Source: Nemertoderma westbladi
Taxonomy: Eukaryota > Animalia > Xenacoelomorpha
DNA: 64,000 nucleotides
Assembly: GCA_032718475.1 (NCBI GenBank)
Contig: JAUCBJ010000700.1
Coordinates: 62,001 to 126,000 of the forward strand
Direction: 5' to 3'
Below, in pieces: positions 11,534 to 24,953 of this stretch. The notes below the pieces were generated by a model that had not been told where the DNA came from, made no database searches, and worked only from the letters and a program-made list of their open reading frames with translations. Each line of letters begins with the position of its first letter. Within the stretch, counting starts at the first letter, position 1. The translations under genes and the position numbers were made by a program.

Positions 11534-12133
11534 GTAAGTTTATGTGTTTTAAGTTTTACAGAGCCGCTAATAGGGTTGTTATTTGGTATATATGCTGGTA
11601 AGTTTATGTGTTTTAAGTTTTACAGAGCCGCTAATAGGGTTGTTATTTGGTATATATGCTGGTAAGTTTATGTGTTTTAAGTTTTACAGAGCCGCTAATA
11701 GGGTTGTTATTTGGTATATATGCTGGTAAGTTTATGTGTTTTAAGTTTTACAGAGCCGCTAATAGGGTTGTTATTTGGTATATATGCTGGTAAGTTTATG
11801 TGTTTTAAGTTTTACAGAGCCGCTAATAGGGTTGTTATTTGGTATATATGCTGGTAAGTTTATGTGTTTTAAGTTTTACAGAGCCGCTAATAGGGTTGTT
11901 ATTTGGTATATATGCTGGTAAGTTTATGTGTTTTAAGTTTTACAGAGCCGCTAATAGGGTTGTTATTTGGTATATATGCTGGTAAGTTTATGTGTTTTAA
12001 GTTTTACAGAGCCGCTAATAGGGTTGTTATTTGGTATATATGCTGGTAAGTTTATGTGTTTTAAGTTTTACAGAGCCGCTAATAGGGTTGTTATTTGGTA
12101 TATATGCTGGTAAGTTTATGTGTTTTAAGTTTT
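11491..12133. repeat. 64-bp minisatellite, 10 copies, spanning the exon1/intron1 junction
   Basis: Unit tttacagagccgctaatagggttgttatttggtatatatgctggtaagtttatgtgttttaagt. The motif gagccg recurs at 11497, 11561 ... 12073. Confidence 0.95.
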
Positions 12134-13429
12134 GGGTTATTTGTTAGATATGCTGGTAACATATTAGTTATATATGCTGATATTGATGCAAATACGGATG
12201 TGTTGGTCCAGGAACCACATCTATGGACTGCATCTATCTATGGATCTGCTGGGAACATCTATAGGATTCACTGTAGTCCACTGCCTCCATCACCAAGAAA
12301 TAGTCACAACCTCGTACCTCTGGACAGAAACTTCATTTTAGGGCACCCTCTGGGCTCACCCGAGTCACCCCTAGTACCCCCAACCCCCACATGCCATCGC
12401 CTTCCATTCCACACCTGCCACCGCCTCGGATAAACTCCAGGCTGAACAGCCATGGGACATGAACTTATCTTGTATGTGAGAAATGTCTCTCTTCTTGGCG
12501 CATAGATTGGTGGTATATGATTCAAGGCGGCAACATGGGGAATACGGTGGGGTCAGTGTAATAACCAGATAAATTGTGGCGTTACAAGGGCACCTGGCCA
12601 TCAGCTGCTGGCAGCACTTGACAAGAACCCGAGGGTTCAGCCAATCCAGCACTACTGGGCAGATCAAATGCCCACTGGGGTAAAGATAGGGATTAAAAGT
12701 GAGGACACTGAGGGGTGGCATCTAGTCAATGTCAGGTATCCTTTAAATACCATGAGCCAGCCCGTTTATGTATCGAACTGTCGAGTTTTGTGGCACCGAT
12801 CCACAATACTTTTACACCTGGCGCCAGTGAGCCAGCTCCACAAATAGTGGGATAGTCTTGTTTGAGTGACCAGCGATTAGGCCCAACAGGTCCCAACCTC
12901 GATAATGAAAATTAATGAGGGCTCTCAATGGACACATTATCAAGGATGCCATACTTGACTGCTGGATAAAACAGCACAAGATCGGAGCAAGGGGCCATCC
13001 TGTAGTGCACCACATTCACATGATATGTCTGATTCTGAAAACAAGGAAGAGGTACTGTATCAATCAAATATATAGACTGAGCAATGAACATTGCTAGTGA
13101 GCAGTGGACAAATAACATGTTAGTTGGAAGTTGGAAAATATATATTTTATTATAGACTAGACACAAGTTGTTCAACTTGTGTAAAAAAAATCCTGTTTTT
13201 CCAATTTCATTCTGGAGGGCAAGATGACACTTCAACAGAACGCGTACAGTATACTATTTGATGAGACGCACACTTACTCAATATAACGAAGCTTATTGTG
13301 ATTATGATGCGACCGTGCCAGACATTGAGAATTTACAGTATACAGTATGCTGATACTGTACATTAGTAAGTATATACATGTAAGTGGATAAATGATAAAG
13401 TGTGAGGAACATGCATCAGATTGCTGCCA

Positions 13430-15975
13430 CCACTCGAAATAATATTCCCAAGGTAGCGGAAATACATATATATACAGTCCAACCAATGCCTCAGAGCCTG
13501 AAGAACCCTTGGCCCAGAAGACATCAAGGCCAAGAGTTACACCTATAACACCAGTTCTAACAGAAATGGGTACTTACTTTTAGGCCTAATGGAAGAATGT
13601 GAATTGATACCAACAAACAACACATTCGAAAAGAGTAAGGGGAAGCTATGGACCTTTCAATACCCTAATGGAACCAAAGCACAACTGGATTACATCCTTA
13701 TAAACAAAAAGTGGAGAAACAGCATGATCAACTGCGAGGCATACAGCTCGTTCAACCTAATTGGTTCGGACCACAGAATTGTGACTGCAGAGATCAGACT
13801 CAGTTTGAGAGCCAGCAAACCCAGGACAAGCAAGCAAATCAAATATGACTGGGAGAAACTCAGAACTGACAATGCAGTAAAGCATGCTTACATAGTAGAA
13901 GTTCAAAACCTCTTTGAAGCACTTCAGTCAATGGATGAAGACCAGTCCACACCAGACATATAATAATAATATAATACACAGACAATATACCAGAATATAA
14001 TAACAGCCCACAAGGAATCAGCTAAGAGGCATATCCCCCAGAAACCCAAACGAAAAAGTATGTGCCATGGCAAAACTCTGAGGTTACTTGTAAGAGAGAA
14101 GATCTCAAGATAGCCTACAAAGTTAAAACCGAACAACCAACAACCGAAAACATTAACAAGGTTGAGAAAGCTAAGGACGATCTTAAATTGGCCTACAACA
14201 TCAGCCAGGAAAAGTACATACAGGATAAAATTGAAGCAATTACAACTGCTCACATACAGCAACAATCAAGACTTACCTGGCAAACTGTAAATGAGGTATC
14301 TGGTCGGAAAAGTTGTGCAAAGGGGCGCCTCAAAGCCGATAGTCCTGAAGAAAGTGTTGGGAAGTGGAAAAATCACTTCAGCAACTTGCTTGGGCAGCCA
14401 CCAAACACCGAGGTCAGCCCTACAAGGAAAATATATGACAAGCCACTACCTATAGAAACAGGGGACTTCACACCTGCCGAACTCCAAAGAAGCAATAAAA
14501 GCATGTCCAATAATAAAGCGAGTGGATTAGATGAAATCCCAGCGGAGGTATGGAAAAGAGGAGTGCTAAACATACCATTATTGAATGTTTGCAACCGGAT
14601 GTTAAAAGGGGAAAAGCCACCACCCATTTGGACTAAAGGTAACTAAAGCCTCTCCCCAAGAAAGGAGACCTCGGTATACCAACAAATTATCGTGGGATCT
14701 GTCTGCTTGTGGTAGCTGCAAAAATATACAATAAAATGATTCTATATAGGATTAGGCCTCACATAGAGAGACTACTGCGTAAGAGCCAAAACGGATTTCG
14801 ACCAAATAGATCAACAATAGCTCAGATACTTACACTACGGAGACTGATTGAAGGAATTAAGTCAAAGAATCTCCCCGCAGTCATGACTTTTGTGGACTTC
14901 AATAAGGCATTCGACTCCATCCATAGAGGTAAAATGCTTGAAATCCTAGGAGCTTATGGAATACCAGAAGTAATTGTTGCTGGCATTAGATTGTTATCTT
15001 GTGACACATAAGCGCAGGTACTCTCACCAGATGGTGAAACTGAGATTTTCTCAATCCTGGCTGGTGTACTACAAGGCGACACATTAGCACCATTACTATT
15101 TGTAATTGTGCTGGATTACGCAATGAGGATGGCCACAACGGGTGAAGATCTGGGAATCACACTTCAAGAACGCAAAAGTAGTAGATACCGGCAACTACAG
15201 TCACAGACACCAACTTTGCGGATGACATCGCCCTGCTCTCTAATACGCTAGCAGATGCACAGCTTCTACTAAATAAAGCGGAGAGGGCTGCTAAGGAGGT
15301 TGGATTGCATATAAATGCTACAAAGACCGAATTCATGACCTTTAATGTTGATGGAAACTTGACAACCATTGATAATAATCAACTAAGGAAGGTCAATGAC
15401 TTCCAGTACCTTGGATCATGGATAGAGAGTAGCATAAAGGACATAGAAGTTCAGGAAAGCAAAGGCGTGGGTGGGTAGCCCTATCCAAAATGGATACCAT
15501 CTAGAAATCAGATCTCTCCAGGCACCTGAAAACTAAGTTCTTTCGAGCCACAGTGGAAAGTGTATTTTTATGCGGGGGTGAGACCTGGACACTGACTAAA
15601 TCACTTGAACAACGAATTGAGGGTTGCTACACAAGACTGCTAAGGGCAGCCCTAAACATCAGCTGGAGACAACACATGACAAACGCCGAGCTTTATGGTA
15701 GAATACCACCTGTATCAACCACCCTCCGTGAACGCAGATTAAGATTCAGTGGGCACTGCTGGCGAAGTAAAGACGAGGTCATACCAGATCTACTTCTCTG
15801 GCAACCAACTCATGGAAAGCGTAGTCGTGGACGACCGGCCATAACATATATAGATCAACTTCAAAGGGATACTGAACTTAGGAGAAACGAAATTGCGACA
15901 ACTATGGAGAATCGGGAAGCCTGGAAGGATCTCATTTCCACTGTCCGAGTTCGCTCGACCTAGTAGTAGTAGTAG
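13430..15975 (+). mobile_element. RTE-like non-LTR retrotransposon (APE + RT), inactivated, within intron 1 of SLC18B1 copy A
   Basis: YSPTN, AQLDYIL, GSDHRIV (APE). KASGLDEIP, QNGFRPNRST, FVDFNKAFDSI, GVLQGDTLAP, FADDIAL (RT). RRLRFSGHCWR...RGRP. Several stops and frameshifts. (tag)n tail at 15961-15974. Confidence 0.92.
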
Positions 15976-16417
15976 GGGAAATACATCCAGTGCTTACAGG
16001 TGGTACTTTGTATCTTAATAACATAATACCCCAGATGTGGTTACTTAGATTAAACACAATCACATATTGATGACATGCCAGCACAGGATTGCACAAGTTC
16101 GTCAAGGCATGGGTAGATTGAGAGCGGAACAGGCACATATTGATCATAAAAAAATCATACATAAATAGACATTTAACGACATTTAGTGTAGAGTATAGTT
16201 TGCTTTGGCCATATAGGCCTTAAGAAGGGCTTTGCAGTTTATGTAGGAGTATATCCCAGATTAACTTTCAGTCTGTCCAAGAATAAAAATTCCACACGAA
16301 CCAATTTACTGTACTCATTACTGTACTGCAGACTCCTATTATTTGTTGTGTTTAAAATAAATAACAATAATATTTTAATTTCCAACACATTATTAAATGT
16401 GTTTTTCATTATTTTAG

Positions 16418-17321
16418 GTGTTCGATGTATAATGTATCCAATTGTGGGAAAATACCTCGCAGTAGTCGGAGTCAAAAGTTGTTTGACACTTGGCGCTAGT
16501 TTTGGTTCTGTGTGCACCATGCTGTTTGGTATACTGGTCTACTCACCTGATGGAGTGCAATTCGTCACATTGTGTTTCGTCGTAAAGATGTTCGAGGCTC
16601 TAGGAATGAGTGTTGCATTCCTAGCAACGTTCGCAGCTATCGCTTCCCTGTACCCAACGCATCGACTGTTAATGATAGGATTTGTACAGAACGCAGTAAC
16701 AGTTGGGTTCATGGTCTTCCCAGCCATAGGTGGCTTTCTATATGACTGGGGTGGGTTCATGGTACCATTTGTTGTCGTTGGAGGCGCGATGCTACTGAAC
16801 TCGTTTTTGTTGATGGTTGCTATGCCTTCTGTGGAAGCCACTGTTACTAAAAGCGCGTTTTCTCTGTTTGATTTGCTACGAGATGGAATGAGTTTGATAG
16901 CTTCTGTCACTCAAATATATTTCCTGATGGCGATTGGGTTTTATGATGTTACTTTCAGTTTGCATTTAAAGGATAAGTTCGGATATACACCATCCACAAT
17001 CGGGCTGATATTTTTGATTTCGCCATTTATTAACTTTATAGTCGGGATGTCTATGGCAGGTTTGTTACAAAGGTTTCCGAAAGTCAATCCCCTAACGATA
17101 GTGGCTAGTGGCGCACTCATTTTGACTGTAGGCCTACAGCTTATGGGACCAAACCCAATGCTAAACCTACCAACTGATATAGCTGTTGTCCTGTCTGGAG
17201 TTGGGCTGTTTGGCATTGCTGGTGGATTGACCTTCGTTCCAAGTATACAGGTTCAGATTAAAGTTGGTCTCCAACGACTCGGGTGGCCTGATTGTATTGA
17301 ATCTCACGCAGTGATATCCAG
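16418..17321 (+). CDS. SLC18B1: SLC18B1-like MFS transporter, copy A, exon 2
   Basis: ttttag|GT acceptor and AG|gtaagt donor. Sequence LFGILVYSPDGVQFVTLCFVVKMFEALG...PAIGGFLYDWGGFMVPFVVVG resembles remembered SLC18B1. Multiple TM helices. Confidence 0.88.
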
Positions 17322-18249
17322 GTAAGTCGACATTATTTGGTATTAACATTACTGTATGTTGCCCAACACCACCCTAATGCACTACCAATTACTACAGTCT
17401 ACTTGCTTCGGGGATACAGTATTAAATCTTCAATTATTTAGCAAAATATTATCAGCTGTAACACATCAAACTTGGAAAGGCTATGATGGGGGTAAACAAT
17501 ACACCTACACATACACCTACTTTAGAACACTACTTTGTAGGCAGTATTAAAGATAGATAGTAAAGAAGCAGGTTACAGAGGTGGGTTGAAAGGAACCAAA
17601 ACAATAAACGAGAGATAGGAAATATAATTTAATTGAGAATAAACAGTTTGTGGATCAACATTCAGATGTATTGGCTGACCAACAGGCTGTGGACTGCCAA
17701 ATGAAAGATTATCTAATATCAACCATCCATGCAGACAGGTGAAAATTAACATTGAATTTAATTTGGTCTTTTCATAAATTGTAAATTTAGTTGCGTATAA
17801 GATGTCGCTAAATTAAGATTACTTGCTTCACATAAATCACTGATGTACTCCTTTTACCAGTAGGCCTATCGGTAGCAGGTATATCTGGCTTTATACTGTA
17901 GATTGCAGTAATTTACGTATTGCAGTACTGCTAGTTATATTCAACGCAGCAATGATAGATGGTACCGGAAGCCGAAGTACAGTACTATAGGCCTAGCCTA
18001 GTAACAAAAAAAGAAATGAAAGTTAACAAAAAGATACCGGTACATGGTCTTAATAGTGCAGCCATACCTAAGTAGGCCTACCTGTCTGCATACCTATAAT
18101 AATGTTTACTTCTTGTCTATATGTGTCTGACGAGTAGGCTACCCTTATCATACCTATATCAGTATATTGCACGTATTGTAGGTCTACTTGTGTTACTGAA
18201 CGCAACTACTCAACTATCGGCAGACCGGTGCCCAACTTACTGCAACATA

Positions 18250-18915
18250 CACCATATCCTGGAATATAGTGTCGTAATGGACCCCCCCCCCCCCCCCCCT
18301 CCCCAAATTTGTCTTCAAATCTTGATGAGATTGCATAAAATTTGAAACAGAGATAGTTTCATCTCCCTCCTCCTTAGTGAGTGAGCCAGAATTTTTATTT
18401 TCGCTTTCAATCTATAGCTACAAGCGTTTAAAAAAAGTGTCTCCGTCGATATTGCACCAGTTACACCGCAGTTATTCTTCAACGATTTAGTGATTTGTTG
18501 GTACTAGTGGAAAGCTGGCCGTGCAAGGATTCCAAATATGAAAAAATATTTGAATTTGAATGGGAAATAGTTGAGTTATGGGCATTCGAATGTTACATGT
18601 ATTTGCCAACGATGCTGCATTGTACCAACAAATCACTAAAGGTGTGAAGGACCCCCTTGGAAATAAGCTGCAAAGCTTTAGGGGTAATCCTATATGTTAT
18701 GTTGGACGATACCTTTTATACCGGTACATTGTTTGGTGTATTTGTTATTGTTTTTACATAATGTATAAATAAATCTATCTATAGATCTATGAAGAATAAC
18801 TGCGGTGTAAGTGGTGCAATATCGACGGAGACACTTTTTTTAAACGCTTGTAGCTATAGATCGAAAAAAAATTCTTCAAATGTCATGCAATCTCATCAAG
18901 ATTTGTAGAAAAGTT

Positions 18916-18946
<31 letters not shown>

Positions 18947-18973
18947 CGTGTCACTGAATTACGACACATGGTG
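18250..18973. mobile_element. CACCAT-family MITE with long (~200 bp) inverted arms
   Basis: ta|caccatatcctggaatatagtgtcgtaat ... attacgacacatggtg|ta. Arms 18250-18480 and 18790-18973 are complementary. Same family as 2406-3043. Confidence 0.75.
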
Positions 18974-20337
18974 TAGGCGCAGTCATTAAAGGTAATCAAG
19001 GAAATCAATTAGATATTAAAGTTAATTCCGCATGTTTTGTTATGTCCCCTAAGAAATAATGAAATACATTACAATATTAGTAGGAAATGATATAGTATAT
19101 AATATACTATACACTACACAATACTGTTTAATATACTGGTATATTATGATTATTCATTTTATTTCTTGCGATATTTCCTAATTTCCTAGCTTTTAAGGTT
19201 TTTAGCTTATTTCCTAGGAATTAATGTTAATCACTAATTTCGCTTAAAACCTGCAACATATACACATGCAGATACACGTGCGATAGGTAGATAGGTAAAA
19301 GCGGTAAAATCAGTGCAGCAGCTGTGTTAGAAGAAAGTAATCTTAATTTGGCGATATTTTAAACTCAACTAAATTTACAATATATGAAATGACCATATTA
19401 ATTTCAATATTTATTTTGTGTGTAAACGTTACGCCGACGACAGCCGACAGCTGACAACCGACAGCTGACAACTAACAGTTTTCACTTTTCGGTCGATATA
19501 TTGTATATTATATTATATATGAAGAATTTGTATTTGTTTTAAGAATATGGTGTATTTATTAAATATAATAAAATAGCCTAGCGCTGATGTAAAACCATGC
19601 AACCTTTGAACGCCCGCCTCAGCTATTTTTCAACGAAATTCAGATTGTGCTACTATTTGGAATCCTTGCATGGCCAGCTTTCTAGCAGTACCAACTAACA
19701 GCTATAAGATAGAAGAATAACTGCGGTGGGACTGGTGCAATATCGACGGAGACACTTTTTTTAAACGCTTGTAGCTAAAGATTGAAAGCAAAAGTAAAAA
19801 TTCAGGCTCACCCAGTAAGAGGTTGGGAAATGAAAATAATCCCTGTTTCAAATTTCATGAAATGTCATTTAGATTTGTAGAAAAATCAGGGGGGGGGGGG
19901 GGTCTCTGAATTACGACACTATATTCCGGAACATACATGGTGTACTGTGTGACATTGTTTTTAGATTGCTACCGTTATTATGCAATACAATTGAATGGAA
20001 TACATTCAATGAGTAGTCCCATAAGGGCCCAATTGGAAAATTAACGTCATTGTCGGGTTGTTGTGTTTTAGTAACCATAGTAACAGGAGCATGTTACAAG
20101 CAAAGTAATCCAATGCTTAACCGTGCCAGCCTGTTTCGTTAGGCAGCTAAGTGAGTGCTATTAAGTAAATTGATCTTTCAATTATAGTGGAAGTGTAAAG
20201 AAGGTTACTTACTAATATCACTGCTATATTATGGATAGCCAGTAATCGTCAAGCAACATGACCTTCCAATAAACTCTGACACGCTAACATTACTGTGTTA
20301 TGGATAGTCAGTATTCTTCAAATATTTCGTCATGCGT

Positions 20338-20546
20338 GCGCCCATGTGAAGAATACCAGGATTACCAGGGGCGCTTATTTCTGTCTTACTGTATAACCTG
20401 TACAAATACTAATTCGTTTATTGTTTTGGTTAGCTTCGCCCTTCTAGGTAACCTGTGTTTTTGGTGAAAACCTGATATTCTTCACATGGGGGTAACTGCA
20501 AAGTGAAATATAACAGCAGAAAGTCTGGTATTCTTCACAAGGGCCC
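20338..20546. mobile_element. Small MITE
   Basis: gcgcccatgtgaagaataccag ... ctggtattcttcacaagggccc inverted ends, with a third internal copy of the motif. Confidence 0.5.
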
Positions 20547-21062
20547 ATGAGTGACCTTTAAATTATTGGTAGTGTATTTAATAATCTTATTTCGGTGTTA
20601 AAGATAGTTCATTATAACGAACCTGCCTATTAATAGGCCAGGGTAGTTCTTGTCAAGAGTTGAGCCGTTTAAAAACACGATGTGGTTGTGTGTGTGTGTA
20701 TGTATAACCATCCAATATCTCAAAAACTCAAGCAGGTACGCAAAAATTTTAATAACAAACTCTCCATAAATTTTGGTTGCGCACAAGACTGTATATTTTT
20801 TGTGGCGTTTCGATCACGGGGTCACTGAAAAATAGCGGTTTTGAAAATTTAAAGTCGAATTTCACCGATTTCAACTCGTCGAGTATGCACCAACTTTTTT
20901 ATTTGAGATATTCAGTCATCTGAGCAACATATTTGAGCCTCAGAATCTTTTCAAATATCGCCAATCTCGCACAGAACGTCGCCAAAATTTGTTAGTCCGG
21001 CAAAAAAACGCACAAATTCGTCTAAAAGAGTAAATTATTTAGTTGCGGAATAATATGATTCA

Positions 21063-21499
21063 ACTAGAAAAGCCAGCCAGCTGGCTGTAAGGAGACCGTC
21101 CATATAGACAAACGTAGTGTTAGTTGTGTCCCTCCTCATTCATTATCATCAACTCCCTCCCACCTAACATAGCAGTGAGTAACCTTATAGATTATTGTCA
21201 TTGGATTCACTGGGAAGAGCTATTCATCTGGTGGGGTAATACATTATACAAACTTACAGTTGATGTTTGATTACTGTCTGGGTTAGAGTGAGATAGTAAT
21301 AATTTTGGCAAGTAATATACTTCTCTGCAGTTTGGGCTATTTCAATAAATAGTAGTAGCTTACTAGGCCCACATGAATACCAGCAGCTGGTGTTTCTATC
21401 GTTGAGTTGATGGCAATTTATCGTGTTTTCATTTTCGCTCACTCAGGGTACTGGTTTGAGGGGCAGGTTCGTTTAAAGCCAGCTTGCTGGCTTTCTAGT
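21063..21499. mobile_element. Second copy of the actagaaagccagc repeat family, with inverted termini
   Basis: actagaaaagccagccagctggct ... agccagcttgctggctttctagt. Body homologous to 3115-3550. Confidence 0.65.
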
Positions 21500-21959
21500 C
21501 TTAAATAATGTATACTTAATTTATTTTATAAGTATAGAGTTTAAAATAACACAAGGCTCAAATTCGTTTAGAAATGATTACGAACAGTTTATGAATATTT
21601 TTTTCACCAAATTGCTCTTTTTATTGTTGTTATTTAATTACCGTTAATAATGGTTTACGGATTTGGTTGTCGGTTATCGGCTGTCGGTTGTCGGCTGTCG
21701 GCGTAAAGTTTACACCCATTTATTTTCAGTTATCTGCATGGATGGTTTTTTTTAGATAAATAACCTTTCATTTGGTGGTCCAGTTCGCCACACTTTCGAT
21801 CCAGTTCCGTTCAGTTCGGTCCAGATTCGTGTAGTGTCCTATACTATTTTTTGTGATAAAGGATCTATTGTAAGCAGATATATAAACCGTTTAATTCCTT
21901 TTAGTGTGATGGTCCAGATAGTGAGAAAAAATGTAAGATCATCAGTGCCGTAGTCCGTT

Positions 21960-23110
21960 TATTCTATCTACCTATCTATAATCGACATGCTGCATTGCTA
22001 GCTCGGATTATCGACAAAATTTCGCACTCTATAATCCATTACTTAAACAACACATTATCCGCATGTTCAAGGCCAGTGTCTTGAAGGTCTCAAAAAAGCC
22101 ATCGTCGTCCATGATGCTGCCAAATCACAAGATCTTTCAAGGGATGGTCCTCACGAAAGCAATGCCCTACATATTGGATCTGGCAATGCACAATCTTAGG
22201 GGACCAATAAAACACCAGATGCTGTATATCAATGGTCTGATTGGAGATGTGTAGAGTACATGGTTCTTGACTCTGTGAACCCGACGTAGCATTCTTGTGT
22301 ATGTGTCATCCCGAGATTTGGTCTTCTCACCATTTGAATTCTAGAATGGACACCCAAACAGGAGTACTGGTTCTACTGCTGCTCTAAATAATTCCTGTAT
22401 TTTACGTTAATTGCATATTCTAAACAGACTATTCAATACGGCCCATACCTTCCCTTTGGATTTTTAACAGTCTTCATCTGACGTCCAGATCAATGATCCA
22501 AAGTAACGGAGGTCATCAACACGCTTAGTGATTATGAACAGCTTAGGAACAGGTATTTCCAGAGGACTGTCGAAATAAACTGTATAAATTTTGGTCTTTG
22601 CAAAAAAAACAACAACAAATGACCAACACTAGAAGCACCCTGTACTAATGAGCTGAGTAGCCCTTCGGCTCTCTCTACTGATTGATTCTGATAGGACTCC
22701 TGACTCATTTACAAAGTCTACATCAGTATGGTGCTTGGCTGTGTTTCCTCGATTTCTGGAACATTAAGGTGTGTTACCATCTCCCCATCTTTATTATGAT
22801 GATCTAAAGACATGCTAGTAAGGCAGGTTAGCTAAATTGGTCAAAATATAGACCCCACTGATAGCCCACCCCCCCCCCCCCCCCCCCCCCCCTGGGGCTA
22901 CTGTACGGGGGGCTACTTTCAAGGCTCCTGTACTGTATTTGCAATGAACATAGTCGAACCACAATTATGAATAAGAATGGTGCAAGAGTGTCAACCTGGA
23001 GGACCTCCCATTGCGCTTCAAATGGACATGTTTCACCTGAAAAAAACTTTTTATATACTTGAATATACCTGATAACAACTTGCTTTTTGATAAATACCAT
23101 CATCCTTATT
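21960..23110 (-). mobile_element. Highly decayed RTE-like LINE fragment
   Basis: Minus strand gives EVLQVDTLAPFLFIIV and a 3' segment (gacactggccttgaacatgcggataat) matching the 8541 and 23400 relics. Confidence 0.6.
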
Positions 23111-23199
23111 CCAGAACCAAGTTTGCACTAATTAGGACTTACTATGATTCCTCACGTGGTCTCTTTAGTACTCTATGTCTAATATGTGTCAAGTGTCAA

Positions 23200-23575
23200 A
23201 TACAATGAACACATTTCCAATTATACAATACTGAAGGTGACTCATTAGTCTCCGAGCTTGATACTTGAACGGAGCCACATCCGCTTTGCAGGGCATTGCT
23301 TTTACAGTGAGATACAGCCAGTACCAATCTTGTACATTGGTGGCCTCATGGAGAGAAAAAGCATGGCGGACAGCCCATGACTGTCATGAGACCCCTTTTA
23401 AAGTACACTAAGCCTTGAAGATGCGATATTTCTTACAAATGTCATGGTCATGGTTGGGGTACACATTTACACAAGCCGGCATAACATTCATAATATACAG
23501 TATATAAATGCAGCTGCAATGCAGGAATGCAGCTCGCCGATAGTAGTGCTGTAGTAGTAGTTAGTTAGTAGTATA
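23200..23575 (+). mobile_element. RTE-like LINE 3' end relic with (tag)n tail
   Basis: IRFAGHCF...HGEKKHGGQPMT homology to 7735-7870. Ends in tagtagtgctgtagtagtag. Confidence 0.6.
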
Positions 23576-23658
23576 AGTTGTCTAATATAACCCTTTTTCA
23601 GATCTCTTCTTCCTATTAAGTTGTGTAAACAATAACGCTTTGTTTTGTATACTTGCAG

Positions 23659-23959
23659 CTTGTATGCGACTACTAACTCTTTGGGTTGCGCTATTGGTCC
23701 AATAATTGGTGGGTCTATGACTCATGCCTTTGGCTTTCCGGTTGCCATCGCCTTATTCAGCATTATAAGTTTGCTGATAATTCCGCCAGTAATCGCACTC
23801 CATTGCTACTATTGGTGCAACGGACGGGACATGTACCAACGTGCGGATAGATTCACACGAGTTGAGGAAGAAAATCAACCTTTACTGGCCGGTACCGGTA
23901 GTGGTTCTAATGGTATAGTAAGACGACTTCCTAACAACAGAGAAGACAGCCTTATATGA
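23659..23959 (+). CDS. SLC18B1: SLC18B1-like MFS transporter, copy A, exon 3
   Basis: acttgcag|C acceptor restores frame (S-LYATTNSLGCAIGPIIGG). Spliced CDS is 295+904+301=1500 nt, 499 aa. Confidence 0.85.
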
Positions 23960-24953
23960 ATATTGCGACAGTTGGGGGATGTTTCAAAGGAAATGTTATT
24001 GCAATACTGCGTATCATATTTTAATAAATGAATTGGACAACTTAAGATGTGTTAAAAAATTCCAGTAAAACATGAACATTCAATTACGTTTATAATTATT
24101 ATATAATTAACCTTCACCAGTTGTTATATTGCACAGGTTTTGCCTTGGGGCTATGTAATACTGAAACAACGCCAACTATCTCGCTCAAGAATATAATATT
24201 TTGTTCAATATTGTTATGATTGTATTTTCGGTTTTCTTCATTCCGTTATTCTTATCCATGAATAATTACTTCAGCTCGCTCACCCTCACCACGATTTATT
24301 GCTCGGTTATCTGATTTATCTGGTAGTGACGTAGTCGCTCACGTCTAAAATTTATTACTAAAATATTCAAGTAAATAAAATATTCAAATCCAAACTTTAA
24401 GCGAAATCAAAATACAGTAGCAGGTCGAGGTATCGTTAGTTTTTGTGAAAATATTTTTGTGATTCTTATTCTTTTGTTTAAATGTTAGGGATAGGGATTG
24501 TATTGATAAATGAGTTGCTGATGATGGGCCTGGTGATGGAAGCTGGTTGTGTGGTGCATTACTTTTAGGTATACTACTGTATTAGTACCGGTAGGCCTAC
24601 ACTTCCAATTATTTTATGTCCATGTTTTCTACTTTTTTTCTACCTAGGCCTACTTAAATGATTTTGTGTACGTTTTTTCGTATGTTTTAGAAGTGATAAT
24701 AATAATTATTGACGGGAAGCACACTTAGCAGTTAGCTACACATTTTAATGGTAACTATTGATTTAGATTATGTTGTTATCTCATGCTACAGTAAGTACAA
24801 AGTTTTAGGTTGATTGGCTGGTTCGGGGTCCTGTAGAATATTTAGTACTGTAGTGAAGCTCAACACACTATCGAATGCTGCATAGTGGACGTTGGTTTTG
24901 GTTGGCCGTGTGGCCGTTGGTAGACACGTAAGTTGCATAATTATCGGATGAGT

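Larger units (their letters stand above)
19418..21717. mobile_element. Mutator-like non-autonomous element with 9-bp TSD, carrying nested repeats
   Basis: TIRs gtgtgtaaacgttacgccgac...(cagccga/caaccga)n and (tcggttg/tcggctg)n...gcgtaaagtttacaccc. TSD atttatttt at 19409-19417 and 21718-21726. Confidence 0.75.
17690..21782. mobile_element. Old foldback element whose right arm is split by a younger insertion
   Basis: Left arm 17690-17830 is the reverse complement of 19330-19417 joined to 21718-21782. Confidence 0.6.

Noticed and set aside
12190-13240. GC-richer block with short ORFs in intron 1 (possible DIRS/RNase H or gene relic)
   Set aside because: No convincing ordered motifs in any frame.
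16348-16417. N-terminal extension of ORF 16348-17325, and similar extensions at 23645 and 37501
   Set aside because: Intronic sequence upstream of clear acceptors, and not conserved between the two paralogues.
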